Origin: Mytilus edulis
Lineage: Eukaryota
Direction: 5' to 3'
Length of the DNA stretch: 64,000 nucleotides
NCBI RefSeq assembly: GCF_963676685.1
Contig: NC_092345.1
Coordinates: 15,562,001-15,626,000, forward strand
The notes under the pieces: generated by a model
What the model was told of the DNA's origin: nothing
What the model saw: the letters and a program-made list of their open reading frames with translations, nothing else
The model's database searches: none
Program-made: the position numbers and the translations under genes
In this document: positions 36,319 to 50,653 of the stretch, in pieces
Position numbering within the stretch: position 1 is the stretch's first letter
How the letters are laid out: each line of letters begins with the position of its first letter

Positions 36319-38813
36319 TAAGTTTCAGTTCAAGAGAAGTCTGGGTCTGATGTCAGAAGATGCATATACGGACCCTGGATTTAAATCAGTTATGATCTGG
36401 CGGTTTTTGTCTTTTTTTCAAAATACATATTTTCGATTGTGACTATCTTTAGTTCCGAATCTTTCTATCATTCTAATTAATTTAGTTTAAATGAAAATAA
36501 GGAACTTAGAATTAAACACTGTTGAAGAGAAACTACATATTCGGGTTAAATTCACCTCAGTTTGTTAATTCAAGTTTGACATCTAACATCTTAATCCGTA
36601 ATCCACATTTACGTGACAACCTTAAATTGTTTATTGTATTTTATCAATCGAATATCCTCACACAGGAAACTGAAACGAATATGTTATTTGTAATGGTATT
36701 TATCAAAACTAAAATGATTGAAAATATATTTGTAGGATATGAATTTGCCTAATAAGCGAATAATTATAATATATAGATTTCAACATCTTCAATAGAAAGA
36801 TTACTGATAAGATGTCCAAAATATAAGTACATGTATATTGCGATTAGTGCTATATAGTATGTCAATGATATTGAATGCCCGCTGAGTGTAAAACATATTT
36901 CAGCTTAAATCTTTATTTCTGTAAACCCCATTTATTTACTTTCATAGCCTCATATATGTACATGTACATGGTATTTGAAACAGAAACAATATACCGTCGT
37001 ATATTACAAAAATTGAGAATGGAAATGGGGAATATATAAAAAAGACAAAAACCCGACTATAGAGCAGACCGTGCAAGGGCTGTATAGCCAGTCAAGGTCG
37101 TTAAAAACTTCCATTTGTTGTATAGAGCAGACAAAAGAGGAAGGCCTATATTACGGGTCTGCAATGTAGAGAGAAACTCATGCGTATACATACATGCATT
37201 ATTGTATGCACATGCTTGGACTTATAAATGCATATATATATACTTGTACAAGTCCCAGATTGTGTTATAAATTATTTCTTATAAACATACAGGAACATTT
37301 TAATGCTAATTCAAACGCACAGGTGTCAATATCTGCAAGTCTACCGGTTTTATAAGTTGTCATTTAAAAAAGTGAAATTATAGTGTATTTTAACAACAAA
37401 AAATTATGAATGAATTTATTTAAAAAAATTCCAATCCCTTAAAAACGAGGCATCATCATATATACTTATAAAACAGCTCAAATTCTATTTTGTTAACTTG
37501 GAGTAGAAAACTTACAATATATTTTATCTCATTGAAACATGAACGTGGACCCCATTGAGAACACCTTGGATTGAAAGATTGCAAATCTACTGACCAATGG
37601 AATGCTTTGGATTTAGAACGCGGACCTCAACGAGAACACCTACATCGATAACACACTATAATCTGTAGACCGTCAGACAGATAGCAAGAATTCCAGATTT
37701 CGTTTTCTTTTATTTTAAGTAAGGTCACAATATGGAAGAATATATGCTGCAAATATACAATTCCTTGATGCTGCTGTGCATGCCTGATTGACAAAGATTT
37801 AATCAAATTCATAAAAATATGTAATAACAATTTAAGTGTTTCTGTATTAAGATTGGGATTTAAAATATGCATTTTATGTACTTGTTTTGGTTTGAATTTG
37901 TTTATTCAAATCTCGAGAGAACAGCTGATGTTAGCTGATCTCTTAAGCCGTAACAGTAGTGGTAGATATTCACAGATTTTTTTTATATAAAAACACACTA
38001 GTACAATTACATATGACAATAATAATGTGTCTGTTTTATAAACCAGTTTAGTCTTAGTGTGCATAATTATGTCTCCGCTGAATATAATTCAATGTTAGAT
38101 AAACATTAAAAGCTGTATAATTATCAATAAATTCATTTTCAAAATCATTTATTTATTTAGGCTTAATTAAAATATTCATCAAATAACGAATGAATATAAG
38201 AAGATGTGGTATGCTTGTCAATAATTTCATTCACCGTACATGTGGAATACCGTATGGTAGTTTTTTGGTCTAAATAAGAGTACATCTACTACATGTCTTT
38301 GATTTAACAAATGATAAAAGATCTGGCATAAAAACATGATTCTCAATATAATCTAAAAATTGAGGAGAAAGCCAGATTAAGACAGTTATACAATTTAAAG
38401 AATACCAATCTTTAAGTTTTATTACTTAGAGATATACTGTCCCCCTTCTTTTAACCTACACGAAAACTTCACGAGAGCCAATGATTAAATATCCCCCTTG
38501 TTTTCCGTATATATATTAAGTAACTGAAGAAGCAATTCAAATGCCTAAGGATATTCAATTTGTTTCAATATTGCCGAAAACTGAGGCTACTATAATTTTT
38601 ATACTGTTTTTACATGTAGTAGTCTCAGCCGAAAACAATACATAATATTGACAATATAAGCAAGTGTGACATACCAATAAAAAATTTGTTGTTTGGGATT
38701 ATTCATAGTTCACTAGTATTCCTTTCACGGATTTGGCTATACTTTTTGGACCTTTTGGATTATAGCTCTTCGTCTTTTACATTAGCTTTTGATTTCATAT
38801 ATTTTGGCCTCGA

Positions 38814-38857
38814 GCATCACTGAAGAGACATGTATTGTCGAAATGCGCATCTAGTGC
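38814..38857 (+). ncRNA. Minimal type-I hammerhead ribozyme with intact catalytic core
   Basis: gcatca-CTGAAGA-gaca-tgtat-tgtc-GAAA-t-gcgc-a-TC-tagtgc. AUC cleavage triplet ends at 38851; palindromic stem III; one stem I mismatch. Confidence 0.8.
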
Positions 38858-40789
38858 AAGAAAATTGGTACCGTTAATGTTATTCTATATCAACCAGTGA
38901 CACGTGTACTAATTTTTTAGAAAAGGGATAGAAAAAGTATGAAACAAAAATAACCGGTTTTTCAAAACTATATTTTCAAAATACACTGCATAATTTAAAC
39001 CGCTTTAAAGTGTTTCATGTCATTTTATGTTTGTACGTATACGAAAAAATGAAAGCAAGTTAAACTTCAATGTTCATGACTTACAAGTATTATATTTCTT
39101 GTAAAATTGATAGATGAGCGGTTTTCACAAATACCGAACATAAAAAAATATAGCGTAACGTCAATTAATGGACAAGCAACCCAACGAGAAACATATTATT
39201 TCAGAGGCATCTCCATGTACATGTACAACTAGTTTTGAGTTAGAGAAATCATTCAACATGTTCAATGCCATATGATTCGATTCAGATTTGTGCGTTTTTT
39301 CGATTTACGAATAAGTCAATAAGATCCAAAAAAGTAATTGAAACAACAAAAAAAGTACATGAAATAACGAATTATCATAAGTTTACAAATACATACATAG
39401 GTGCATTTACTAAAACAACATTTATTTTTTTCATATTATTGTAATTTTATGTTTATGTACCCGATATGGAGTTCTTCTGAAATTAAAAATCACTTGAATG
39501 GGTATTTCTGGTATATATACATGTATCACACGTGCTATCTACATGTACAATATACGGAAATGACACGGCTGGGTATTGTAAAGTTACTGAAGGTAGATTA
39601 CTGGCAAGGAGTATATCCCCGGGCGAAGAATTTACTGATTTGTGAAAACGGTTAGGTGTAATTTGCGATTATTCAAATTATTACAATTGAATAGCGCTCA
39701 TCTCTTCTTTTTTTATAATAGTAATTGCGCCAACAAATGGGACTTGACACATTTCCTATTTCCATTCTCAATTTTATTAATTGTGTCATATTTACCTCGA
39801 AACTATTAACCTAATTAACATACATGCAACGTTAGAATATTTATTTCAACTGCAAAATAACGTTATAATTACTAAAATTCGAAATTATGTACTTCTCCTT
39901 CCGTATGCCATGTTTTTTGTATCAATTCTATCTTTCCATCAGGTCCATAGTGCACTTTTTTGTCAGTCTAAGTGCATTAAGGAGGCCCTTTCAGTTGGCG
40001 ATTTCTGAACCTACATGTAAATACTGAAATAGACCTCCTCAGTGCACTAAGAATAAACATTTGAAAACAAGTCTATAATATTTGAGCAATTAAATGATTG
40101 TTTTATTGGCGCAAATGAATGTTGCAGTTTTTATGAAAACGTGATGCAGAAAAAGAATTCGCGTAATTAACTTGTAGCGTAAATTAATTCTTTTTTAGCC
40201 AAACTGGATATCGGCCTTCAAAACATTGTGTATACACAAACAAAGCAATATTTATCTTTACGCAGTCTAGCCGGAGAATAAAAGTTTTTGCAATTTATGT
40301 AGGATTTTAATTTTAGAATGTAATGAACAAGTAAGAAGATAGTTAGAAACCTTAAGTGAATCGGAAAATGAGCTATACACGATAAAAATTTCATGGATGC
40401 TCTTGATAATTGTAAACTTTCAAGTCTTCAAATAACATCCATTTGTAGAACTGATTATTTCGATCCTTCAAATATGTGTAGAATAATAATAAAAAAAAAT
40501 ATATTATTAAGTCTCTTTCATATAAATACTGTAGATTTGTATATGATCATCGATTGCCAACATACCGTTCAGTGAAAAATATTTCATGTATTCGTACAGA
40601 GAACAAATCAACTTCTTTCAGAAAACAATTGGTTGGTTATTGAAGTAAATGATTTGCCACAGAATAAGTGAAACTTGGCCAGAAGCGTACCTCTAAAATA
40701 AAGAAATTGAAATTAAAATTAAAAAAAGGTAAAGTTTTTTTAATTCTGTATTTTACTGATAATGGACTTAAGCACTTTTTTCAGTCAAT

Positions 40790-41656
40790 ACCGAAATTAT
40801 GAAATACATCGATTTAAATTATTTACACAATAAATAATTTCTGTGTAGTTTTCCATGTCTACATTTATAGACGAGTACAATATAGTAAACTGTATAATTT
40901 GTGTATGTATTTGATCCTATGAGCTGTATATTTTCTTACGGAATAAAGAATTATTATAGTTAAACAGAAAAAAGAGAAACGGTAAATATACAGGAATACA
41001 TAAAGTTTCGTAAATAGTTGCAAAGGACCACACGTAACTTACATGCCACGAGTTTTCATAGAACTTGGCAATTTTTGAAACGCATGTGTATATGCGATAA
41101 AGATCTAGTGCACTTGAACATATTAGAATCTTGTTATATATCTAACTATTTTATTTTCAACAGATTCAACAGTTTTGCATTTTTAAACCGCGCGTGCATA
41201 TATATTTTAATGTTTTTATTTAAAGGCCTTATATAGGTACATGTCCCGTGTATTATACGTTCGTTTGTTTAAATTGTGGAGCATCTGACTTTACTAAGAC
41301 TATACGCATTTTAAGTTTGAAACAAAAAAACCGATATAAACATCGAGGTCGTTTTGCTTGTGTGATTTACCTGTAAAAATCCCGGGTCCTGCCCATGTTT
41401 CAAACGAATTAATGCATGTTTGAAATAGTTTAACGGGGGCGTGGCCTATTAGTTTAACGCAACTAACCAGCAACTTGATTTCAATTGATTCACCGCAGAG
41501 AAATCTATTTGACTGGCGTTAAAATGAATTGATATGAATTGAAATGAATTAAATATAATTCTTAATTTTTGTCAATCTTTATCAAATAACGATCAATCTC
41601 ATTCAAATAGCGTTAACACGTTTTTGTCCGATCAAGTTAAATTCGGGTTACTAGTG
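40790..41656 (-). repeat. Right arm of the ~800-bp inverted repeat ending ..ATTCGGGTTACTAGTG
   Basis: Reverse complement of 26565-27357, with an extra ~70-bp segment at ~40890-40960. Confidence 0.95.
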
Positions 41657-42376
41657 TACACCATAAATCGTTTTAGGTTTACTATTTTCTTCATAAAACT
41701 ATACATGTTCTACTAATATAATCTACATTTAGTTCCCCTACTTTTACATTTTCCTTTTTTATGTAAGAAATCTAAGCAACGGATGATTATTTATTCATCA
41801 TATGTCTTATGAAAAAATTATCATGTTTCTCGTTATCAGTTGAATTTCGGGCAAAGTAATCCTGATTAACGATTTACTATTGAGATTTAAGACTAAAGTG
41901 AACATTGCAAGTCATAGTATACTAAAGAGAAACACGCCATTGTAACGAGCTTTAAGGAAAATACCTGGTGTTACTGAAACAAGGAGCAAAAGGTAGAGTT
42001 AGACTGGATACCCGATGAATCCTACAGTTGCTATGAATGTTCCTTAGAAACAGATACCAAATCGGACCTAAGAATATATCGTATGATTTAAGGATCATAT
42101 AAGCAAATAACACTTTCATGCATAAGCTTAAGGATTAGTCTTGCCATCCCACAAGTTTAAACTGCAGGATATTATGTTCAACATGACACTGGAGAAACTG
42201 AATTAAAGTAAAGTGATAATAATACCCAAAAGATCATTTATTTTTGTATTATCACTATATAATGACAAGTTAACGAGACGGATTCCCCATTAAACATAAA
42301 AGAGAATTATAACTTGATAAATACTCTAAGTAAAAGTTTTCTTAATATTAGTTCGAAAATGCGCAATAAGACATCC

Positions 42377-42700
42377 TGTGTGGAGAGGTTAGGATGAATG
42401 GTATCTTGTGTGTGGAGAGGTTAGGATGAATGGTATCTTGTGTGTGGAGAGGTTAGGATGAATGGTATCTTGTGTGTGGAGAGGTTAAGATGAATGGTAT
42501 CTTGTGTGTGGAAAGGTTAGGATGAATGGTATCTTGTGTGTGGAAAGGTTAGGATGAATGGTATCTTGTGTGTGGAGAGGTTAGGATGAATGGTATCTTG
42601 TGTGTGGAGAGCCGGGTTAGGATGAATGGTACCTTGTGTGTGGAGAGGTTAGGATGAATGGTATCTTGTGTGTGGAGAGGTTAGGATGAATGGTATCTTG
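42377..42700. repeat. 32-bp minisatellite, ~10 copies
   Basis: Unit tgtgtggagaggttaggatgaatggtatcttg. Confidence 0.95.
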
Positions 42701-45280
42701 CCTCTCTAATGATAGCAAATGATTTTCTTCTCAAAATTAAAGTACTGTTAACTAGAAGTGTATTGATGATCTCTAGTGACCACCCAATTCTCACCAAGTA
42801 TTATTTATATAATGGCTCTGAAATCATAGAGGGAAATATTATTTTTTTAAACAGATTCAAAATTAACAATCTTATTTATTTTATAATATGTATTTCAAAA
42901 GGTAATTATTGTTACCATACAAAAAAAAATCCTGAAAGAATCAAGTTAACTTTTAAATTCCAGATACAGTTGAGAAAAAATAATTTAAAAAACTAGAAAA
43001 TAAAGTTTCATAGCAAACATAATTAAGAGGTTGAGGTTACAGCAATGGCGAAACCACTTTCAAGCAGGTTAAATTTAAGGAGTAAAAATAACTGATACTT
43101 AGTCCTTATCAATAAATTCTGATTGCACAGGCTTGAGTTTGTTAATTAGTTCTTTTGATGTACTTAAATTAAAAACAAATGCTCAGGGGCAAATAAATAA
43201 TAAGTCGTAGATCTAGAAAGATAGACACTATCATTGCAAAAGGAGGTTAAACGAACAGATGCTGAACACTTCGAAAAACACTACACAAAAATAAGACGAA
43301 ACGGCAATTGACAATTACATAAAAGACTACACGAAAAATCAGACGAACAGACAGCAACAATTCATAAAACACTACATAAAAAGATTGGGCAACACAAACC
43401 CCGAAAAAAAAACCAGGGGCGTACCAAGCTGGTGGTCCGGAAGGTTTAGAAGTTCTCTTAAGCAGGACGGACAAAATCTAGAAAGCCAGTACAATTCCTC
43501 TCTTTCGGAGCAGTGGTTATAAAAAGAGAGAATCGAAAATCAACTTATGAAGAGATATGATTATATAAGTTAACTTATAAACCAACAAGGTTTAGCAATA
43601 TGTGTCATTTAAAACTTGTCGTACCGAACCACTGGCTACTACTGTCGGAGGTTGAAATTAACAAAAAATGAAAAATTGGGAAAGTTTAGGTCAACAAAGC
43701 GAATAATAGTTCGAAAGATTTGTTCTAAAACAGAAACAACAGCTTATGTCAATGATTGTTCCGGTTTTTTTTCAATCAGAATGGTATCCTCTAAAACTTT
43801 TTTATCATGATACTTCGAATAAAATATCTTTTGAAATTCAGATATATCTTTCTAGGTACGTCATGTTTATGTCTTGGTTTTATATTAAGGTTTTATATAC
43901 TCTGTAGATAATTTACCGAAGATGGAAGGTCCACTTCTATTTACCAATAAGTATAGACTCTCGCATTGTGACGTCGCTGATAACTTCTCCTCTCACATTG
44001 TGACGTCGCTGATAATGCCTGGTCTCGTTTTGAAGTCTAGATACGAGAATTGCGGACCGACAGAGCAGGGTGTTATTGGCGTAAGGAAGGACGATAAAAT
44101 TAGATTCTACCATCGAGTGTGATACGATATTTATCTACTCGAGACAGTTGAATTTTCAAATTTAAAATCTATCGTATTACACGAGATTTGGTGGTGGAAT
44201 CTGTTTCTCTAATGATTTTCTAACAACATGCAGGTAAACTTATTCCTTCTTTTCGAATGTGTGTTCTATCTGTGACGTCATCAGGCATGGTCGCCTTTTT
44301 CATGCCGTCACAATAGGAAATTCAAACGAAAGCAAGAAAATTCGACGTCATAATCGGATTTTAACCAATGAAGTCTCAGAACTGCCATCAAACAAACCAC
44401 ACGTTGATTAAAACAGCGATATTGTGGTTTACATAAAACAGAACAAAACTCTTGTATAGATTCGTTGAAACTCTACATGCAGATATCCTATCTAAATGTT
44501 CATGAAATTAAACCGGATCCTCTGTGGCCGTGTGGTCTAAATAGTTCATCTACAGCGATTTTACTGTCCTGTCAACAATTAAGTTGAGAGTTTGAGCCTC
44601 GATCGTGGCAAGCATATAAACAGGTCGCCACATAAAATCGTCTTATATATGAAATAAGAAAAAATGGTATGATTGCAAATTAGACAAATTTTTACAAGAG
44701 ACAAAATGACACAGAAATAAACAACTATAGTTAACCGTATGGCCTTCAACAATGAACAAAGCCCACACCATATAGTCAGCTATAAAATGCAACGAAAATA
44801 CAAATGTAAATAATTCAAACTAGAAAAGAAACGACCTATTTTATGTACAAAACAATGAACAAAAACATCATTGCAATCAGTGTAAAATAAGTAGATGGTT
44901 GTTGTTAAATACATAATAATAACGAAAGTTAGAATTTTCTTTTTGCAAGTTGTTACATTCTACTAAATAATCTTTGTCTCTTTAAAGGAGAAGGACTTTT
45001 AAAAGAATTTATTTTGTTGATTCAGTTTCAAAAATTGAAACTCTTCAATTTTATAAAAAAAAAAATATGTTGATTTGGTCGATAAATGCATGAAAGAAGT
45101 AGTGCAACACTTTTTTTCTCTCTCACTAAAATGTAAAAAAAAAATAGTATTGACGTGTTTTTTGACCTTAAATAGCCTTTAAAAATGTTATAGTTTATTT
45201 TTTTCTATAACCAAAATATATAAGCAACAGTTTAACCCAAAGTAAATAAACTCATCATAGTTACCAAGATTAAAATAGTG

Positions 45281-45327
45281 TACGCCAGACGCGCGTTTCG
45301 TCTACAAAAGAGCCATCGGTGACTCTC
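45281..45327 (-). ncRNA. Degenerate hammerhead copy
   Basis: Minus strand: gagtca-CCGATGG-ctc..gac-GAAA-cgcgcg-TC-tggcgt. Confidence 0.6.
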
Positions 45328-48300
45328 GAATCAAAAAGAGGCCATATGAAGAACGAACTTGCATCTTAGACCAGATCAGACATTTTGTGACAAGTTATCT
45401 TTTATGACATTGGTGTTATTTCTGTATGGAAAAACTAATAAAGAAATAGGGTTTATAGTTTTTAAGTTTACAGGCAGTTATTAATTAGGCTGTTAGTTTT
45501 CTCAATTGAACTGTTTCACATTTTTCATGTCAAGAGACGACTATACGGTTTGGCGTTTGTTTCTTCTATTATTGGCGGCAACGTTAATCTATGATTGTTA
45601 ACATGATGATGGAAGTTTTTAACGACCTTGACTGCTCATAAAGCCCTCACACAATCACCTCATTTGATTTTTAATGGATAGTTGTTTCATTGGCAATCAT
45701 ACCACACCTCTTAAAAGTATGTGTATATTATATAAATATGGTAAAAGTACTTAACTGTTTTTGAATTCAATGGGTCATAATGACCCTATCAATTAGTATA
45801 TCTTGTTGTGCTGTATGGGTTTTTTCTTATTGTTGAAGGTCATACCTTGACATATAGTTGAACATTTTATACGTCATTTGGTGTCTGTTGGAGAGTTGTC
45901 TGTTTGACAATATTTTTGTTTTTGTTTTATATTATCAAACATATTTGCGTCAAATATTCTTAAATTGTCTTGGACTTTAAAAGTTTATGATGCAAACATA
46001 GGAACAATATAAAAAATAAAGTGTGGCGCTAATACGCTCCCGTACTTTATCATTTTCTATAAATATTGTTGTTAATAAACACAGTCATGTTCGTGGTCTT
46101 TGGACACTTGTATAGTATCTGTTGTCGTCAACAAACGATATAACATGAGAAAGTGTACACCCCAAACTTCATTATTAAAAGTTTTAATCTTGTTATAAAA
46201 TGCGACGATTTTCTTTTCAAATCCTACGTGTTACCCCTGTGCTAGTTATATGTTTATTTTGACAGTAAAAATTAGATAATATTTTCTATATTAAATCCTT
46301 GCTTACAATTAACTTTCTATTATATGTTTACATAAGCCTGGTGTCACTGATTTCTGAATTAAAGTCAACGATTTAATTATGAAAATTAAATAACTTTAAG
46401 CTTCAAAATTAAATTGTTTTGTACATTTCCAAATATCATCAAGACAACCAAAGACTTCTTGCAATGCAACTGCATATGACATATATAAAATACTCTACTT
46501 TTGGTGTCAACCGCGAAGGCTTACAGTTTGATCCGTGATTCTATATTTAAGTTAAATTGAGAAATAAATTGTTTAATGTTTTTTCGTTATCTATGTTTTA
46601 AAAAGTAGTTAATAGAAGAATTATGTTATAAAAAATAAAGTCTTATATGGCAATAGGTTTATTATTTGTTACTTAACGTCCACTAGCGAATATGTCATGA
46701 AATGCATTTATCGATACAAGAACTAATGAACCTATTATTATGGAAAGAATGGCGTGAGATTTGGACTGGCACTTGGAAATAACGATGTACTGCTTAGGGA
46801 CGGAACAAATTTCGTGAAGACGTGACTGCGTATTTATACATCCCGCACATCTATACGGACGTCCAAGTTTGGCAAGGTTCTTTTCCTGCTGTACGGGAAA
46901 GTCCGGGGATGCCAACCCTAGAGTTTGTTTTAAAATCTAAAAAGGACAAGACCTATAATTACTTACAAGTATTTATCGTGAAGTAACCTCCAGATAATAT
47001 TATTATGTGTTGTTTGGCTGCTCTCAATCATGAACTCCCTCGTCTTTCATTCTCTATGATTTTAGAATTATTACAAAATATTTCCAACAGACTGGTAAAT
47101 TGAATACTAACATGCCATGACAATAAAAGACAATGAAAAAGTCTACGCATTATGTGAAGCAGAAAATAGCTAAGGGTTCTTAAGGCAGGCCGTGAATAAA
47201 TTTACAATATATATACATTGTCGGAAAATATAGAATTTATTTGTACGAGCTCTAGAAACAGGACGAAAAGCAAGGCTCGTTGAGCTTTACTCGAAATCGA
47301 CATAGTTGAAACGCAGACCGCGAAGAAGACCCTAAAATGAACTATTACCCAGAAAGAAATATCCATTGTACCGGTTGCTCAACATGGTAGCCAGTAACAT
47401 GAGACTTTATTTGCACAAAAAGCAAAAAAATAATTGTGCACCTGTTACCGTTGTAAAATAGTTAGCATATTGCAGGATAAATTAAATAGATACTATGAAG
47501 TATTTACCATGCATAACACCAAAATGTAAAAATGTAAAAAAAGTCAAATATAACTTAAGACATTCGCTGACGAGATTTCTAACTTTGGACAATCAAACCA
47601 GTAAGTTGTCTTATTGACAATCACACCCAAATCCTCATTTTTTTCTCATGTAAAGGGGTTTAACAAAAAAAATGACATGACCAAATGTACACAGAGGAAT
47701 ATACAATGAAATAAATTAAATTTTACAACACCAGTATTATAAAAAAAACCAAGCGATGTTTTAATTGGTAATATATACCCCCTTGAATGAATAGCTAATT
47801 ATGACAATTCTAGTATGAATTCAATATGAAAAATATATAAATACAATCACAATTATGTTCAAAATTATTGACATATCTGCGATCAATTATCTTTATTTGC
47901 TTATATTCACGGTAAGTATAGTGTCCGGCTAGGATCGTGGTTTTTCAAGTGATTTGATCGGGCTTTTTCGAGTGTGACCACTTTTTTCGAGTGAATATGT
48001 TCAAAAATGTTAACAAACAGACTTCTTTTCTAACAAGACGTGATATAGAAGCTTGAGTTTGATATACAAAGTTATACATGATATGTTAGCATTTGAGATA
48101 TAAAGATAGTATCATTCTGACATTGCTTTTCGTTTAAAAAGTTAAATTTAGCCTTTAATTCTTACACATACCGATGCAAATGTCGAAGGAAACTTGCATA
48201 CATGGAATCTATATATCCTTAGATATACAGACACTTTACAAAAACTACTGTCATTGCATTAAAAACGACATTTTTAGAGTAATTTCAGTTTTTCATGTCC

Positions 48301-48569
48301 GGGCCTTTTCGAGAGCAGTCCGGGCTTTTTCGAGTGTGTCCTTTTTTTATCGAGTGATTATACGCATTTCTCAAAGCTAAAAATGTTATGTGTTTACGTT
48401 TAAAAACTATAAAATAAAGGCTCATATTAAGTACTTTTAAGGCACATGGTGTATCAACACTTGTATTTTATCATGAAACAAGTATCGTTCATTTGTATAT
48501 ATTCTTTTTCTCACATCATATAAATTGCATGTACAGTATATATCCGTGATGTCAACAATCTAATGTGAG

Positions 48570-49334
48570 TGTTCCGGACCATATAAGTATTTGGACCTCA
48601 TGGGATAACTATTACTGAACAGCAAAATGTCGATTAGGAAGATAACTTCCAAAATTGTCTTAATGAACTGTTAAACAAGAGTTCAACTGTTTTACTAACT
48701 GACAAAAAAAAATCGATATAATAAAGAGTCTAATAATTGATACTAGAGACGGACAGTAAACAGATACACCTAACTTAAGACAATTAATTGAAAGACAATG
48801 CGTTTCAACTTGTAACTTGTGCTGTTTTGGGTAGCCTCTGAACTATAAAATTATCACATTCCATGTAACCGTCATTGTTATAGATAAGTATATTGTATTA
48901 TTGAATCGTTTCTAATGTATACCTATATGGTCCCAAATTGGGGTTTCCCTTGGGCACTTATATTTTTCGCCACATTATTACTTTTTTCGCCAAGTAACAT
49001 TAATATATATTTCGCTTAAAAAAAATTCTACCCCACCCCACCCTAAACCGTTAGTTTTCCCGTTTGAATGGTTTTGAACTAGTTATTTTGGGGGCCCTTT
49101 ATAGCTTGTTGTTCGGTCGGTGTGAGCCAAGGCCCCGTGTTGAAGACCGTACCTTGGCCTATAATGGTTTACTAAATTGTTATTTGGATGGAAAGTTGTC
49201 TCATCGGCACTCATACCACATCTTTCTATATCTATCATATGGTTCGACCATACGAGTACAGTTTGACCATATGAGTATACTCATATGGTCGTGACCATAC
49301 GCGTATGGTCCTTATACTCATATGGTCGGGAACA
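48570..49334. mobile_element. Palindrome-rich MITE nested in the CAC element, itself containing a retroelement tail (49047-49236)
   Basis: TGTTCCGGACCATATAAGTAT.. / ..ATACTCATATGGTCGGGAACA. Perfect palindromes at 49265-49290 and 49293-49310. Confidence 0.65.
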
Positions 49335-50083
49335 AAAGCATAGACAATTCGAATTGAGACGTACATACATATATGTTGTATAAGATGAGAGGTATGTTCT
49401 TAAAAGAGTATACATCTTAGATATTTCATTATCTATTTGTCTTGTATCTTGTATTATTTATTTTATTGTTTAAGAAATGGACGCCGAAAATGACTAAATG
49501 CTACACCTGTGAGGAGGTGTCTGATTATGCAAATATAATAATTGGTCGTAAAGCAACTAAACACCATGATAACTTCCTTTCAATAGATGAAAAGTGTTTA
49601 AAAAGTGGAAAATATGAATGTTAATCAAGACATTACAATGTTGTTCCTAGTGTCGTTCGAAGCACTGGACAATCTAGCTGGTCATAGCATATGATATACA
49701 AATTTTGTATTTGTCTATCATTGCTAAAGGATCATAATTAGGCTAATGAACGATTCATTTCATTGTTGATTTTATTTTGAAATTTTATTCAAATTTTGTG
49801 TTCAATGGCAATAAAAATGGGGTGGATTAAGTGTGTGGGTTTTTTCTTATGTTTTTTTATTAATAGGTTTCTTTTATAAATCTCCGGAGTTCACCACAAG
49901 AAATATTATTAACTGTAAAATCAAAAGTAGCATGAAATGAAGTTAAAATGAATATGAGTTCCCTGCATAATATTCTAGACACCGTTTTGTTAAGGATGAA
50001 GTTATTTCTAAATGAACACTGGAAAGTAGTTGTATATTGCTCTCCAAACAGAATATTTGTAAATTCCATATGGGGTGAGAGCG

Positions 50084-50653
50084 AGTGTGCTAGTGACCTA
50101 ATACGGTATATATAGGGTCAGTAAATTCCAAATGGGGTGAGAGCGAAGCTCGAATCCCCATATGGAATTTACTGACCCCATATATACCGTATTACGTCAC
50201 TAGCACACTATGTAACGAATTTATCTTACCGACTATCTTAACGTGTGAAATTAAGACCAGTGATTTTCAAAATAGCAAATCTTCAATACTGTTAGCACTA
50301 AGAAAATACTTCCATTGATCCTACAAAACAGATGCCAACAATAACGATTGTAAGGTTTAAATGTGTTTTGTGAATTTGTTTCAATCTCTTCGTCTGTTGA
50401 AACTTTTAAGATTTTTTTTCAGTACCGTTTTGTTTTTATTTATAAACGGACATAACACCATTACTAACCGTGTATGAAATAAGCCCCGCCCCCTTCTGAC
50501 CTAATTAGGAATATAAAGGGACGTAACTCCACTACTAACCGTGTATGAGATAAGCCCCGCCTCCCTACTAACCTAATATTAAATATACACGGTTTGCAGG
50601 CGGACGCTTTTAACCAATCATATTTCCCGAAATGTTTAGGAGGTAAGATAAAT
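50084..50653. mobile_element. Long-hairpin non-autonomous element, possibly Crypton-like
   Basis: 54-bp stem 50084-50209 with a GCGAAGC-containing loop, followed by a second IR atttatcttacc / ggtaagataaat. Confidence 0.65.

Noticed and set aside
26565-41656. Polinton/Maverick (15 kb, long TIRs)
   Set aside because: No pPolB, integrase, ATPase or capsid ORFs, termini are not AG..CT, and there is no 6-bp TSD.
42377-42700. Interstitial telomere (contains GGTTAGG)
   Set aside because: A single motif per 32-bp unit, not tandem TTAGGG.
47908-47946. V(D)J-type recombination signal (heptamer plus GGTTTTT)
   Set aside because: The nonamer-like word is in the wrong orientation relative to the CAC heptamer.
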